Shown here: in pieces, positions 39,778-51,210 of the stretch
Numbering within the stretch: the stretch's first letter is position 1
Layout of the letters: each line of letters opens with the position of its first letter
Assembly (NCBI GenBank): GCA_963705205.1
Contig: CAVPJG010000007.1
Span: 84,336 to 148,335 of the forward strand
Direction: 5' to 3'
Source of the DNA: an uncultured Thermoleophilia bacterium
GTDB taxonomy: Bacteria; Actinomycetota; Thermoleophilia; UBA2241
Length of the DNA stretch: 64,000 nucleotides
Position numbers and translations under genes: made by a program
Notes under the pieces: generated by a model
What the model saw: only the letters and a program-made list of their open reading frames with translations
Told to the model about the DNA's origin: nothing
Database searches by the model: none

Positions 39778-40581
39778 ATGCTGTTGATGGGTGAATCGAT
39801 CAACGGGACGCGCAAGCAGGTCGCCGAGGCGATCCAGGCGCGTGACGCGGAGTTCATCAAGACACTGGCGCAGGACCAGATCGACGCCGGCGCCGGCCTT
39901 CTCGACGTCAACGGCGGCGTCGCCGGCGGAAACGAGGTCGAGGACCTGCTCTGGCTCATCGAGATCGTCATGGGCGTCACCGACATGCAGCTCATGGTCG
40001 ACTCCGCCAATCCCAAGGCGCTCGACGCGGGCGTCCAGGCGATCATCGACAAGGGCGGCAAAGTGCCGTTCATCAACTCGATCTCCGGCGAGCAGCCGCG
40101 CATCGACGCCGTCATGCCGCTCGTCGAGAAGCATAAGTGCCCCGTCGTCGGCCTCTGCCTCAGCGATGAGGGCATCCCGCCGACCGCCGAGGACCGCTTC
40201 GCCGTCGCCAAGCAGATCTTCGACCTGTGCACCGGCGCCGGCCTGCCGGCCGAGGATCTGTGGATCGACCCGCTGGTCATGGCCGTCTCCGCCGACCCGT
40301 CGGCGCCCGGCGTCACCATGGAGACGCTCAGACTGGTCAAGGACCGCCTGCCGTCCCGCACCACCGGCGGCCTCAGCAACGTGAGCTTCGGTCTGCCCAA
40401 CCGCGGTCTGCTCAACCGCACCTTCGTGGCCATGTGCGCGGGTCTCGGCCTCGACGGCCTGATCGTCGACGTCCGCAACAAGCAGATGATGGCGACCATC
40501 AAGTCGATCGAAGCCCTTCGCGGCGAGGACAACTTCTGCGGCTCGTACCTCAAGGCTCACCGCGCCGGCATCCTGGAATAG
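39778..40581 (+). CDS. pterin-binding methyltransferase (MtrH / methyltetrahydrofolate:corrinoid methyltransferase family, MtgA-like)
   Basis: ATG 39778 sits 7 nt after GGAGG. MLLMGESINGTRKQVAEAIQARDAEFIKTLAQDQIDAGAGLLDVNGGV ... FINSISGE ... GLSNVSFGLP is the pterin-binding TIM-barrel pattern of methylcorrinoid:THF methyltransferases. The 136 in-frame codons upstream (39370-39777) have no stop and may be non-coding leader. Confidence 0.65.
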   Translation: MLLMGESINGTRKQVAEAIQARDAEFIKTLAQDQIDAGAGLLDVNGGVAGGNEVEDLLWLIEIVMGVTDMQLMVDSANPKALDAGVQAIIDKGGKVPFINSISGEQPRIDAVMPLVEKHKCPVVGLCLSDEGIPPTAEDRFAVAKQIFDLCTGAGLPAEDLWIDPLVMAVSADPSAPGVTMETLRLVKDRLPSRTTGGLSNVSFGLPNRGLLNRTFVAMCAGLGLDGLIVDVRNKQMMATIKSIEALRGEDNFCGSYLKAHRAGILE

Positions 40582-40588
40582 CAGCCGC

Positions 40589-41701
40589 ATGACCGCGCCG
40601 GAGCGCTGCCGCCTGCGCGACCTCGGCGTCGCCGTGGGCAGACTGCCGGCCGGACCGCTCAACGCGATCACCGACGTGTCCGGCGTGCGCGTCGGTCACT
40701 GCACCGTCTCGTGGGGCGGGCCCGAGCTGCCGCACGGCAGCGGGCCCGCCCGCACGGGCGTGACCGCGGTCTTCCCGCACGCCGGCGACCTCTGGCACGA
40801 GCGTGTCGTCGCCGGCGCCCACGCCGCCAACGGCGTCGGCGAGATCATCGGCATCAGCGCCGTCCGCGAGTGGGGGCTCGTCGAGACGCCGGTCCTGCTC
40901 ACCAACTCGCAGAGCGCCGGCGCCGTCTACGACGCGACCATCCGCTGGCTCATGGAGCGCGAGCCGCTCGCCGGCGTGGAGGACGCCGTCATGCCGGTGG
41001 TCGGTGAGTGCGACGACGGGTTCCTCAACGACCTGCGCGGCCTGCACGTGCACGAAGAGCACGTCCGCGCCGCGCTGGACACAGCGGCGGCCGGTCCTGT
41101 GGCCGAGGGCTGCGTGGGGGCAGGCGCCGGCATGTCGTGCTACGACTTCAAGGCGGGGATCGGTACATCGTCCCGCCTCGTCACCGCTCACGGCCGCCCG
41201 TGGACAGTCGGCGTGCTGGCGCTCACCAACTTCGGCCTGCGCCACCGGCTGAGCATGGACGGCGTGCCGGTGGGGCGTGAGATCGCCGACCTCATGCCGC
41301 GCGAGAACCGCGAGGGCTCGTGCATCGTCGTGCTGGCGACCGACGCACCGCTCAGCGCGCGGCAGTGCGGCCGGCTGGCCAAGCGCTGCGCGCTCGGACT
41401 CGCCGCCACCGGGTCGTACGCGTCGGACGGCAGCGGGGAGATCATGCTGGCCTTCACCACGGCGCATCGCGTACCACGCACGTCCCCCGAGCCGCTCGTT
41501 CTCGCGTCGATAGCCAACGACCAGATGACGGAGCTCTTCGAAGCGGCCGTGGACGCAACGGCCGAGAGCGTGTGCAACGCGCTCACTGCGGCGACCACCA
41601 CCGTGGGGCGCGACGGCAACACCGCCTACGCGCTGCCGCTCGACCGTCTCGTCGGCGTCCTGCGGCGCGCAGGGCGCGAGGCGCGGCTGCCCGGGGCGTA
41701 G
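40589..41701 (+). CDS. DmpA/ArgJ-like S58 (P1) family aminopeptidase (D-aminopeptidase/L-aminopeptidase D-Ala-esterase-amidase type)
   Basis: NAITDVSGVRVGHCTV ... RTGVTAV ... GEIIGISAV, with the autoproteolytic Gly-Ser/Thr region; fits the DmpA family. Length 370 aa. Confidence 0.75.
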   Translation: MTAPERCRLRDLGVAVGRLPAGPLNAITDVSGVRVGHCTVSWGGPELPHGSGPARTGVTAVFPHAGDLWHERVVAGAHAANGVGEIIGISAVREWGLVETPVLLTNSQSAGAVYDATIRWLMEREPLAGVEDAVMPVVGECDDGFLNDLRGLHVHEEHVRAALDTAAAGPVAEGCVGAGAGMSCYDFKAGIGTSSRLVTAHGRPWTVGVLALTNFGLRHRLSMDGVPVGREIADLMPRENREGSCIVVLATDAPLSARQCGRLAKRCALGLAATGSYASDGSGEIMLAFTTAHRVPRTSPEPLVLASIANDQMTELFEAAVDATAESVCNALTAATTTVGRDGNTAYALPLDRLVGVLRRAGREARLPGA

Positions 41702-42023
41702 CCCGCCTTGCCGCGCCGCGCCGCGCCGACTATCCTGACCTCGAAGCGCCCGGCGCAGCGTTCCACGCACCGCCGGGCCGTCAGGGGGGTAGCACACGGC
41801 GAGACGCCCGTCATGTCGGCATGTCCTCATCGCCGCAGCCGCGGATCTTCCGCGCTGCCGACGGAAGGCCGGATCTACGCCGTCCAATCTCTTCGAGGTC
41901 CCCCCGGGGTCATCCTCGCCGGCGTCGGTGCCGCAAACGCCGGGGGTCCGGCAACCACGGATGTGAGAAGGGGGTAAGGGTCCGTCCGCGTTCGGGGCCG
42001 GACGCGCGTGACCCGAGAGTGCA

Positions 42024-42992
42024 GTGGACAAACGACGCTACTTCATACGGAAGCTGATGAACGCGCTCCTCACCATCATCCTCGTCGCCTCGTTCAACTT
42101 CGCGCTCTTCCGCATCCTCCCGGGCGACCCGGCCCGGCTGCTTCTCCCCAAGGGCAAGACCGACCCGTCGGTCATCGAGAAGCAGCGCAAGACCTTCAAC
42201 CTCGACAAGCCTATGTGGCAGCAGTTCATCTACTACTGGCGCGACACCGTGCAGGGCGAGTTCGGCATGTCGTTCTCGGAGAAGCGCCCGGTGACCGAGG
42301 TGGTCGCCGAGCGCATCTGGCCCACCGTCCTGCTCGTGGGGGTGGGCACCGTCTTCGCTACCGTCGTCGGCATGATCATGGGCGTCTTCGCCGGGTGGAG
42401 ACGCAACGGCACCTACGACGTCGTGTCCACGAACTTAGGGATGGTGCTCTACGCCATGCCCACCTTCTGGTTCGGCCTCCTGATGATCATGCTGTTCGCC
42501 ACCAAGCTCCGCTGGTTCCCCACGGGGCGCATGGAGGAGCCCGGCGTGGAGCTCAGCGGCTTCGCCGCCTTCCAGTCGCTGACGAGGCACCTGTTCCTGC
42601 CGGCGTTCACGTTCGCCATCGCCTACGTGGGTGAGTACCACCTCATCATGCGCAGCTCCATCACAGGCGTGATGAAGGAGGACTTCACCCTCACGGCCCG
42701 GGCCAAGGGCCTCAGTGAGAACGCCGTGCTGTGGAGGCACGTGGTGCCCAACGCGATGCTGCCGACGGTCACCATCGTGATGATGAACCTCGGGTTCGTG
42801 ATGTCCGGCGCGATCCTCGCGGAGAGCGTGTTCAACTGGCCCGGGCTGGGGCTGCTCTCCTTCGACTCGATGCAGAAGCGCGACTACCCCGTGATGCAGG
42901 CCGTGTTCCTCATCGCCAGTATCGCCGTGATCGTCGCCAACCTCATCGCCGACATCATGTACTACTACCTCGACCCAAGGGTGCAGGCATGA
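42024..42992 (+). CDS. ABC transporter permease (DppB/OppB type)
   Basis: GTG start. The binding-protein-dependent transport inner-membrane signature is present. Six TM helices. Length 322 aa. Confidence 0.85.
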   Translation: MDKRRYFIRKLMNALLTIILVASFNFALFRILPGDPARLLLPKGKTDPSVIEKQRKTFNLDKPMWQQFIYYWRDTVQGEFGMSFSEKRPVTEVVAERIWPTVLLVGVGTVFATVVGMIMGVFAGWRRNGTYDVVSTNLGMVLYAMPTFWFGLLMIMLFATKLRWFPTGRMEEPGVELSGFAAFQSLTRHLFLPAFTFAIAYVGEYHLIMRSSITGVMKEDFTLTARAKGLSENAVLWRHVVPNAMLPTVTIVMMNLGFVMSGAILAESVFNWPGLGLLSFDSMQKRDYPVMQAVFLIASIAVIVANLIADIMYYYLDPRVQA

Positions 42993-44526
42993 TCCCCCGT
43001 CGCTTCAGGAACTGGGTCATCTTCTGGACGATCACCACCTGGATCGTCCTTGAGCTGCTCACGTATCCCAAGGACGTCCCCATCACCAGCGGCCTCGGCG
43101 CGGTGATCAAGGGCTTCTTCTCGGCCAGCGTCGGCGCCTACCCGGCGTGGGTCATGCTGCTGCTCGCGGTCATCTGCTTCGTCGCCGGCATCATCGGCCT
43201 CGCGCGCAAGAGCAAGGCGAAGGTCATGAACGTGCTGCTCCTGGTCGAGGGCGCGGTGTTCCTGATCTGGGGCGTGCTCGCCGGCGGCGGCCTCGGCGGC
43301 TTCTCCGGCAGCTCCAACGAGATCTCGTACAACTGGGTCATCCAGTCGGTCGTGGTCGTGCTCGGCGGGGCCTGCGTCTGGGCCTGGGCCGCCGGCAACC
43401 CCGAGCGCGCGGAGCTGACCACCTGGAACACCCACCAGGTGTGGACGCTCTACCGGGCCAACTGGCAGGGGATGGTCGGCCTCGGCATCCTCGTGGTGTT
43501 CATCTTCATGGCGCTGCTCGCGCCGTTCCTCGCCGACCACGCGCTGCTCGACCCCAACGCGCAGATCGCGGACCCCGACACGGGCGAGCTCTACGGCCCG
43601 TACCATCCGCCGACCACGTACTACTACAACTGGTTCGGGACCGACCAGGTGGGCCAGAGCGTGCTCGCCCAGTTCATCTGGAGTTCGCGTATCTCGCTCA
43701 TGGTCGGTCTGCTCGCCGCCTTCATGTCCACCGTGCTCGGCGCCGGCATCGGCATCGCCGCAGGCTTCTACGGCGGGTGGCAGGGCGAAGGCTGGATGCG
43801 ATTGACGGACGCGTTCCTCGTGATCCCCTGGCTGCCCTTGGCGATGGTGCTCGCCGCCGCCTGGGGCCAGAACTACTGGATGATCATCCTGATCATCGGC
43901 ATCACCAGCTGGCCGGGGACGGCGCGCGTCATCCGCTCAGACACGCTGCGCGTGCGCGAGCTGAGCTTCATCGAGCGCGCCAAGGCGATCGGCTCCAAGA
44001 ACGGCCACATCATGACCAAGCACGTACTGCCCAATGTGATGCCGCTCATCTTCGCCAACCTGGTGCTGGTCGTCGCCATCGCCATCCTCTCCGAGACGAC
44101 GTTGTCGTTCCTCGGCCTCGGCGACCCGCTCAACTTCAGCTGGGGCACCATGCTGCACTACGCCTGGGTCAACGGCGCTGCCGGGCTGCCCGCGTGGTGG
44201 TACCTGCTCCCGCCGGGCATCGCCATCATCCTCGTGGTGCTCGCCTTCACGTTCATCGGCACCGCCTACGACGAAGTGCTCGATCCCAAGCTGCGCAAGC
44301 GCGAGGACAGCACCGGGGAGAGCCGCTTCACCGCCCGTGGCGAGCCCTCGGTGGCCGTGGCCGGCGGTGCCGGCGTCGGGGGCGGCGCCGGCATCTTCAC
44401 CCCGGGTCAGCAGACCGACGACGCCATGCCCGACTTCAACCGGCCCGCCGGCGGCTCCATCCGCCCGGAGGGCGGCGGCGGCTGGGTCGGCGGCCACATC
44501 GCCGACGACGAGAAGGGGGAGGAGTG

Positions 44527-44527
<1 letters not shown>
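42989..44527 (+). CDS. ABC transporter permease (DppC/OppC type) with extended N-terminal membrane region
   Basis: ATG 42989 overlaps the preceding stop (ATGA). The core DppC-like region carries the EAA-loop area (KAIGSKNGHIMTKHVLPNVMPLIFANLVL). About 230 extra N-terminal residues contain additional hydrophobic helices. Length 512 aa. Confidence 0.8.
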
Positions 44528-45614
<1,087 letters not shown>

Positions 45615-45618
<4 letters not shown>

Positions 45619-46658
45619 CGATGGCCACGGAGCAGACCGACCGCCCGGACCTCAAGCTCGCCCCGGAGACCGGCGACGTCCTGTTCGACATCAGGGACCT
45701 CGAGGTCTACTTCCCGATCCAGCAGAGCTTCTTCAAGAGCATGGTCGCCACGGAGAAGAAGTACGTCAAGGCGGTCGACCACATCAGCTTCCAGATCAAG
45801 AAGGGCGAGATCCTGGCGCTGGTCGGGGAGTCGGGGTGCGGCAAGACGACGACCGGCCGCACCCTCCTCAGACTCGAAGACGCCACCGGCGGCGAGATCC
45901 TCTACAAGGGCCAGCCGGTGCAGGAGTACTCGAGCAAGCAGCTGCGCGACTACCGCAAGAAGGCGCAGATCATCTTCCAGGACCCCTACAACTCCATCAA
46001 TCCCAAGCAGACGATCTTCGACATCGTCGCCGAGCCGCTCGAGGTCAACAACATCTGCTCGAGCGAGCGTGAGAAGGAGGAGCGCGTCATCACCGCCATC
46101 AGCGAGGCGGGACTCCGGCCGGCGACCGAGTACCTGTACCGCTACCCGCACGAGCTCTCGGGCGGGCAGCGGCAGCGCGTCTGTATCGCCGGCGCCACCG
46201 TTCTCGACCCGGACGTGATCGTCGCCGACGAGCCGGTCGCCTCCCTCGACGTCTCCATCCGCAACGACATCCTTAAGCTGATGGTCGAGGAGAAGGAGAA
46301 GCTCGGCGTCACCTACATCTTCATCACCCACGACCTTTCGCTCGCCTGGGTGATCAGCGACCGCATCGCCGTCATGTACCTGGGGCGCATCGTCGAGATC
46401 GGCGACACCGAGGACGTCGTCGCCAACCCCAAGCACCCGTACACCAAGGCGCTGATCAGCGTCATCCCCGTGCCGGACCCGCTGGCCAAGCGCGAGCACG
46501 TCATCCTCAAGGGGGAGACCCCGAACCCGGTCGACATCCCCTCGGGCTGCCGCTTCCACCCGCGCTGCCCGGAGGCGATCGACGCCTGCAAGGAGATCGA
46601 TCCCGAGGACGTCCACATCGGCGGCGACCACTACGCCGCCTGTATCAGGATCACGTAG
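45615..46658 (+). CDS. ABC transporter ATP-binding protein (DppF/OppF type)
   Basis: GTG overlaps the upstream stop (GTGA). Walker A GESGCGKTTTGR, signature LSGGQRQRVCIA, Walker B VIVADEPVASLD, and a C-terminal Cys cluster (GCRFHPRCP). Confidence 0.85.
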
Positions 46659-46743
46659 CGGAGAAGCGCCGGCCGGGGCGGTGGGCCGCGAGGCACGCAC
46701 CGCCCCGGCCGGGCTGCGCATGAGCAGACGGAGGAGCCGGCAG

Positions 46744-48572
46744 ATGAGACGCAGCCACGCCGCGCAGGGGCAGACGGCCGCGCCGCGCCGGCTTCTCGCC
46801 GCTCTTGCCTGCGCGGTGGCGGTGCTCGCCGGCTTGGCCGCACCTTCCGCACCGCTCCCCGCGGCGGCCGCTGCCACGTCGACCGAGCCGCTCGCGTACC
46901 GGATCGGGACCACCGTGGAGTGCGACGGCGTGAACCCGTTCGTCTCGTCGAGCCCGATCTCCCGCGAGTGCCTGCAGCTCGGGTACGACTTCCTCACCCG
47001 GTACGACGCCGACTACCGGCCCGTGCCGGACATCGCGGAGAGCTGGGTGGTCTCGAGCGACGGGACCACCTGGACCTTCCGCGTACGCGAGGGCATGACC
47101 TGGCACGACGGGGTCCCGCTCACCGCCCACGACGTGGCGTTCACCTACGGTCTGATCCTCGAGACGCGGGCGCCGGCCTACGCTCACCACCTCGCCGGCG
47201 TGAAGAGCGTCACGGCGCCGGACGACCGCACGGTGGTGATCGTCACCCGCCGGCCGAGGGCGGACCTGCTCGGCCTGGCCGTGCCCATCCTCCCCGAGCA
47301 CCTGTGGAAGAGCGTCGATCCCGACGCGCTCGACGTCTCCGGGAGCCCGCCGTTCGTCGGCTCCGGACCGTTCCGCATCGAGGAGGTGCAGAGCGGCGGG
47401 GTCCGGCTCGCGGCCAACGACGCGTATCCCGACGCGCTCGGCGGGCGTCCGTCACTCGACGTGCTCGAGTTCGTCGTCGAGCGCGATGCGGGCGCGCTGG
47501 TCGCGGCGTACCAGGCCGGGTCACTCGACGCCGTCGCGGGTTACCCGCCCGCCTACGCGGCAGCCCTCGACGACGCGCCGGGGACGACTGCTGTCGCCGC
47601 CCCGGCCATCGGTCTGCGTGAACTGGTCTTCAACTGCTGGGACGACCGCCGAAGCGGCGGAGACCCTCGGCTGCTCGACCCCTCGATCCGCCGCGCCGTG
47701 CACTGGGCCATCGACAAGGAGAAGCTCGTCCAGGCGGCGACCGCCGGCCTCGCCGTCCCCGGCACCTCACTGCTCTCACCGGCGCAGCCCGGCTGGCGCT
47801 GGGAGGTCCCCGATGCCGGGCTGTACAGGTACGACCCCCTGCGCGCCAAGCGAATCCTGGAAGATGCCGGGTACGCCGACCGCGACGGGGACGGCGTGCG
47901 CGAGGACGCGGCGGACCGCCCGCTCTCCTTCCGTCTCGTGGCCTTCGCAGAGCACCCGGAAGACCAGGCGGCGGCGCGGATGATCGCGCGCTGGTGCCGT
48001 GACGTCGGGATCGACCTCGCGATCGAGGTCCGGGAAGAGGCTGGCTTCAGCGACGACCTGCACCGCCACGCGGATTTCGATGCCTTCCTCTCGACCCGGT
48101 CGGCGACGTCGACCCGGGCTTCCTCCTCGACGGCTTCACCACCGCGCGGATCGGCGAAGGGAGCGAGTCGCGCTACTCGGATCCGTTGTACGACAGCCTC
48201 TACGCCGCCCAGAGGGAGGCCATCGACCCCGCCGACCCGGGCGACACGACGCGCCGCAAGAACATCACCGACGCCATGCAGAAGGTCCTGTATCGCGACG
48301 ACCCCTCGATCGTCCTCTGGTACGAGATGGACCTGCAGGCCTTCCGCACCGACCGCTGGACGGGCTACGCGCCCGCCCCTACGGATGCGGGCGCCCCCTT
48401 CTGGAACCAGCTTCACGCCACCTACCTGGCGCTGCGGCCGCTGCGCGTGGTGGAGCCGGAGCCGCCGGCGCCGGCGGTCCTGCCGTGGCTGGCGGCTGGG
48501 GCACTCGCCGCTGCCGGCGCCGGCGTCGCCCTGTGGCTGCGCCGGCGGCGGAGAACGGGGGGTGCGGGATGA
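46744..48572 (+). pseudogene. second family-5 ABC substrate-binding protein with signal peptide and C-terminal TM anchor; apparent 1-nt deletion near 48085-48093
   Basis: ATG 46744 sits 8 nt after GGAGGAG. Signal peptide MRRSHAAQGQTAAPRRLLAALACAVAVLAGLAAPSA. SBP_bac_5 body to ...HADFDAFL (frame 1). Continuation DPVGDVDPGFLLDGFTTARIGEGSESRYSDPLYDSLYAAQ ... VLPWLAAGALAAAGAGVALWLRRRRR in the adjacent frame to 48572. Confidence 0.7.
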
Positions 48573-48612
48573 CCGCCCTCCGCATCGACACACCTACACG
48601 AGAGGATGCCGC

Positions 48613-50088
48613 ATGACCGAGCTCGCCGCCCTCTGGCCCGACGAAGCGATCGAGGCGATGCACCTCGCGGCGCTCGGCCTGCTCGAACGGGCAGGCGTGC
48701 GTGTGGAGTCGGCCAACGCGAGAGATCTCCTGCTCGCCTCCGGCTGCGTCCCTCTCGGCGAGGACCGGCTCACCATCCCGCGGCGAGCCGTCGAGGATGC
48801 TCTCGCCGCCTGCCCGCGCGCGTACACGCTCGCGGCGCGCGACCCCGAGCGCGCGCTCCTCATGGACCCGGACCCGGGGGAGACCTACGTGCACAACCTC
48901 GGGGGAGCCCGCGACGTGAGCGACGCGCGCACGGGCGCCGGCCGCCGCGCGACGTTGCGGGATCAGGTGCTGGCCACGCGCGTCATGCACCACCTCGTCC
49001 ACCAGCAGCAGGTCACATCGCTCTGGCAGCCGGAGGACGTGCCCGACCTGCTCGAACCGCTGTACTCGTACCTGATCCTCGCGTACGAGACCGACAAGGC
49101 GATCGGTGGGCCCGGCATCTCCCATCCGTTCCAGGCGTTGTACCTGCAGGAGATGGCCCGCGCGGTGACCGGCGCGGACGGCGAGGGCGGGGTGTACCCC
49201 ATCGACCTCGCCTTCTCGCCGGTCAGCCCGCTGATTCTCGGCGGCGATGTCTCCGACGCCCTCGTCGAGCAGGTACGCCGGGGCGGCGTCGCGGTCGAGA
49301 TCCTGCCCTGCCCGGCCGCCGCCACGACGGCGCCCGGCGCGCTCTCCGCGGCGCTGACGCAGCAGCACGCCGAAGTGCTCGCCGGGGTGGTGCTCGCGCA
49401 GGTGGCTGCGCCCGGCACGCCGGTGTACTACGGGCCGCGACTCAGTGCCGTGGACCCACGCAGCGGCGTGGTGGTCAGCGGCACGCCGGAGACAGGCGTC
49501 GCGTCGGTCGCGGCCGTCCTGCTGGCGCGCCGTTGCGGCCTCGCCTGCGACTGCTACGGTCCCTGCAGCGACAGCAAGGTCGTCGACGCGCAGTTCGGCT
49601 ACGAGCGCTCGGTCAACGCGCTCCTCGGCCTGGCGCCCAGACCGCGCCTGCTCTCCGGCGTCGGCGAGATCCAGGCCGGCGTCGCCAGCTGCCTGGAGGT
49701 GCTTGTCATCGACGACGAGGTACTCAACAACGCGCGCTACGCCCTCACGCCGCGGCCCTGGGACGTGGACGCGCTGAACCTGGACGCGATGGTCGACGGC
49801 GTGCTCTCCGGCCGTGGGTTCCTCGGCGCCAAGCACACCCGCCGGTACATCCGCAGCGAGTTCGTCAGCCCGCTGCTCAGCTACCGCGGCGGTCTCGGCG
49901 ACTGGCTCGCCTCGGGCCGTACCGGGCTCGTGGACCTCGCCTCCGACAGAGCGGCCGAGCTCGCCGGCCGCGATCCTCTCGGCCTGCCGGCCGACATCCT
50001 GGACGAGCTCATCGCGCTGATCGACCGGTGTGCCGCCGGCCTCGGCATCAGCGGCCACCCCGACCCGCGCCGCGTGCTCGGCCTGTAG
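48613..50088 (+). CDS. MttB-superfamily methyltransferase (trimethylamine methyltransferase family; non-pyrrolysine quaternary-amine type)
   Basis: 491 aa. MTELAALWPDEAIEAMHLAALGLLERAGVRVESANARDLLLASGCVPLGEDRLTIPRRAVEDALAACP, then a TIM-barrel body with LSPLILGGD... and PETGVASVAAVLLARRCGL, which is the MTTB-family architecture. There is no in-frame amber codon. Confidence 0.7.
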   Translation: MTELAALWPDEAIEAMHLAALGLLERAGVRVESANARDLLLASGCVPLGEDRLTIPRRAVEDALAACPRAYTLAARDPERALLMDPDPGETYVHNLGGARDVSDARTGAGRRATLRDQVLATRVMHHLVHQQQVTSLWQPEDVPDLLEPLYSYLILAYETDKAIGGPGISHPFQALYLQEMARAVTGADGEGGVYPIDLAFSPVSPLILGGDVSDALVEQVRRGGVAVEILPCPAAATTAPGALSAALTQQHAEVLAGVVLAQVAAPGTPVYYGPRLSAVDPRSGVVVSGTPETGVASVAAVLLARRCGLACDCYGPCSDSKVVDAQFGYERSVNALLGLAPRPRLLSGVGEIQAGVASCLEVLVIDDEVLNNARYALTPRPWDVDALNLDAMVDGVLSGRGFLGAKHTRRYIRSEFVSPLLSYRGGLGDWLASGRTGLVDLASDRAAELAGRDPLGLPADILDELIALIDRCAAGLGISGHPDPRRVLGL

Positions 50089-50097
50089 ACTGCCGTC

Positions 50098-51210
50098 ATG
50101 GCCATCCCGTTCATCCACGTCCAGGCGCGCGGCTCGTACCGCGAACTCGGCCGCGCCGTCGGCGAGGCCGCCCGCGACCAGGTGCAGGCGTCGGTCGACT
50201 TCTTCCGCGCGAACTTCGCCACCATGACGGGCGGGCGCCTCACCTTCTCCGCGGCGGAGGAGCTGGCTCCGGCCTACGCCGCCGCGGCGCGCCGCTGGCT
50301 GCCTCGCCACGTCGAGGAACTCGAGGGACTCGCCGAGGGCGCGCGCGTGCCCTTCACTCGCCTGCTCGTGCTCAACTGCGGCGAGGAGTTCACCTCCGAC
50401 GAGCCCGTCGCCGGCGGTCGTGCGCTCTCTCCGGGCGCGCCGCGTTCCGGCGATCACTGCACTGCGGTCGCCGTGGTCGCCGGCGGCCGCCACATCGTGG
50501 GCCACAACATGGACTGGTACGTCATCGACGCGGACAACAACGTCCTCTTCGACCTCACCGGCCCCGACGGCACGCGGATCATGGGGCTGGCCGGCGCGCC
50601 GTACCTGCTCATGCTCGGCATGAACAGCCGCGGCATCGCCAATGTGAGCAACTCGGTGCACTCCAACGACAACAGGGTCGGCGTCCCCAACGCGTTCGTC
50701 CGGAGGGCGACCCTGGAGGCGCGGACGCTCGAGGAGGCGCGGGACCGCGGCCTGCTGGCCGCCCGCGCCCGAGGCACCAACCAGTTCTTCGCCGACACGG
50801 ACGGGCGGCTCTGGGACCTGGAGACGTCGGCCACCGCCCACGTCCTCATGGATCACACGAGCGCCGGCTTCATGGCCCACACCAACCACTACGTCTCGCC
50901 CGACATGCGGCCCTTCGAGGGCTACGCCGGCGGCGAGTCCGAGGTCAGGCTCTCCACGGCCGAGCGCCTGCTTGGGGAGGGCGTCTCCGCCGGGAAGGAT
51001 CCGGTAGAGCTCGTGGCACGGGTCCTGCGCACCCACGAGCCTTCTCCCGCCGAGGCGATCTGTGGCCACCCCGATGCTGATGAGGCACCGGCCGAACGGG
51101 GCATGACGGTCGGCAGCATCATCTGTGACCTGGACGAGCGTCGCCTCTACGCTTGCGCGGGCACGCCGTGCGAGAACGAGTACCAGGCCTTCGAGATGGG
51201 CGACGCATGA
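50098..51210 (+). CDS. C45-family peptidase / acyl-CoA:6-aminopenicillanic-acid acyltransferase-like Ntn hydrolase
   Basis: SYRELGRAVGEAARDQV and the autoproteolytic/nucleophile region SGDHCTAVAV are characteristic of the AAT/C45 family. Length 370 aa. Confidence 0.7.
   Translation: MAIPFIHVQARGSYRELGRAVGEAARDQVQASVDFFRANFATMTGGRLTFSAAEELAPAYAAAARRWLPRHVEELEGLAEGARVPFTRLLVLNCGEEFTSDEPVAGGRALSPGAPRSGDHCTAVAVVAGGRHIVGHNMDWYVIDADNNVLFDLTGPDGTRIMGLAGAPYLLMLGMNSRGIANVSNSVHSNDNRVGVPNAFVRRATLEARTLEEARDRGLLAARARGTNQFFADTDGRLWDLETSATAHVLMDHTSAGFMAHTNHYVSPDMRPFEGYAGGESEVRLSTAERLLGEGVSAGKDPVELVARVLRTHEPSPAEAICGHPDADEAPAERGMTVGSIICDLDERRLYACAGTPCENEYQAFEMGDA

Noticed and set aside
46681-50088. Single 1135-aa ORF spanning the substrate-binding protein, the intergenic region and the MttB-like gene.
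   Set aside because: The middle 150 residues are low-complexity read-through in a non-coding frame. The SBP resumes in another frame with its own C-terminus at 48572. The MttB-like protein has its own RBS and ATG at 48613.
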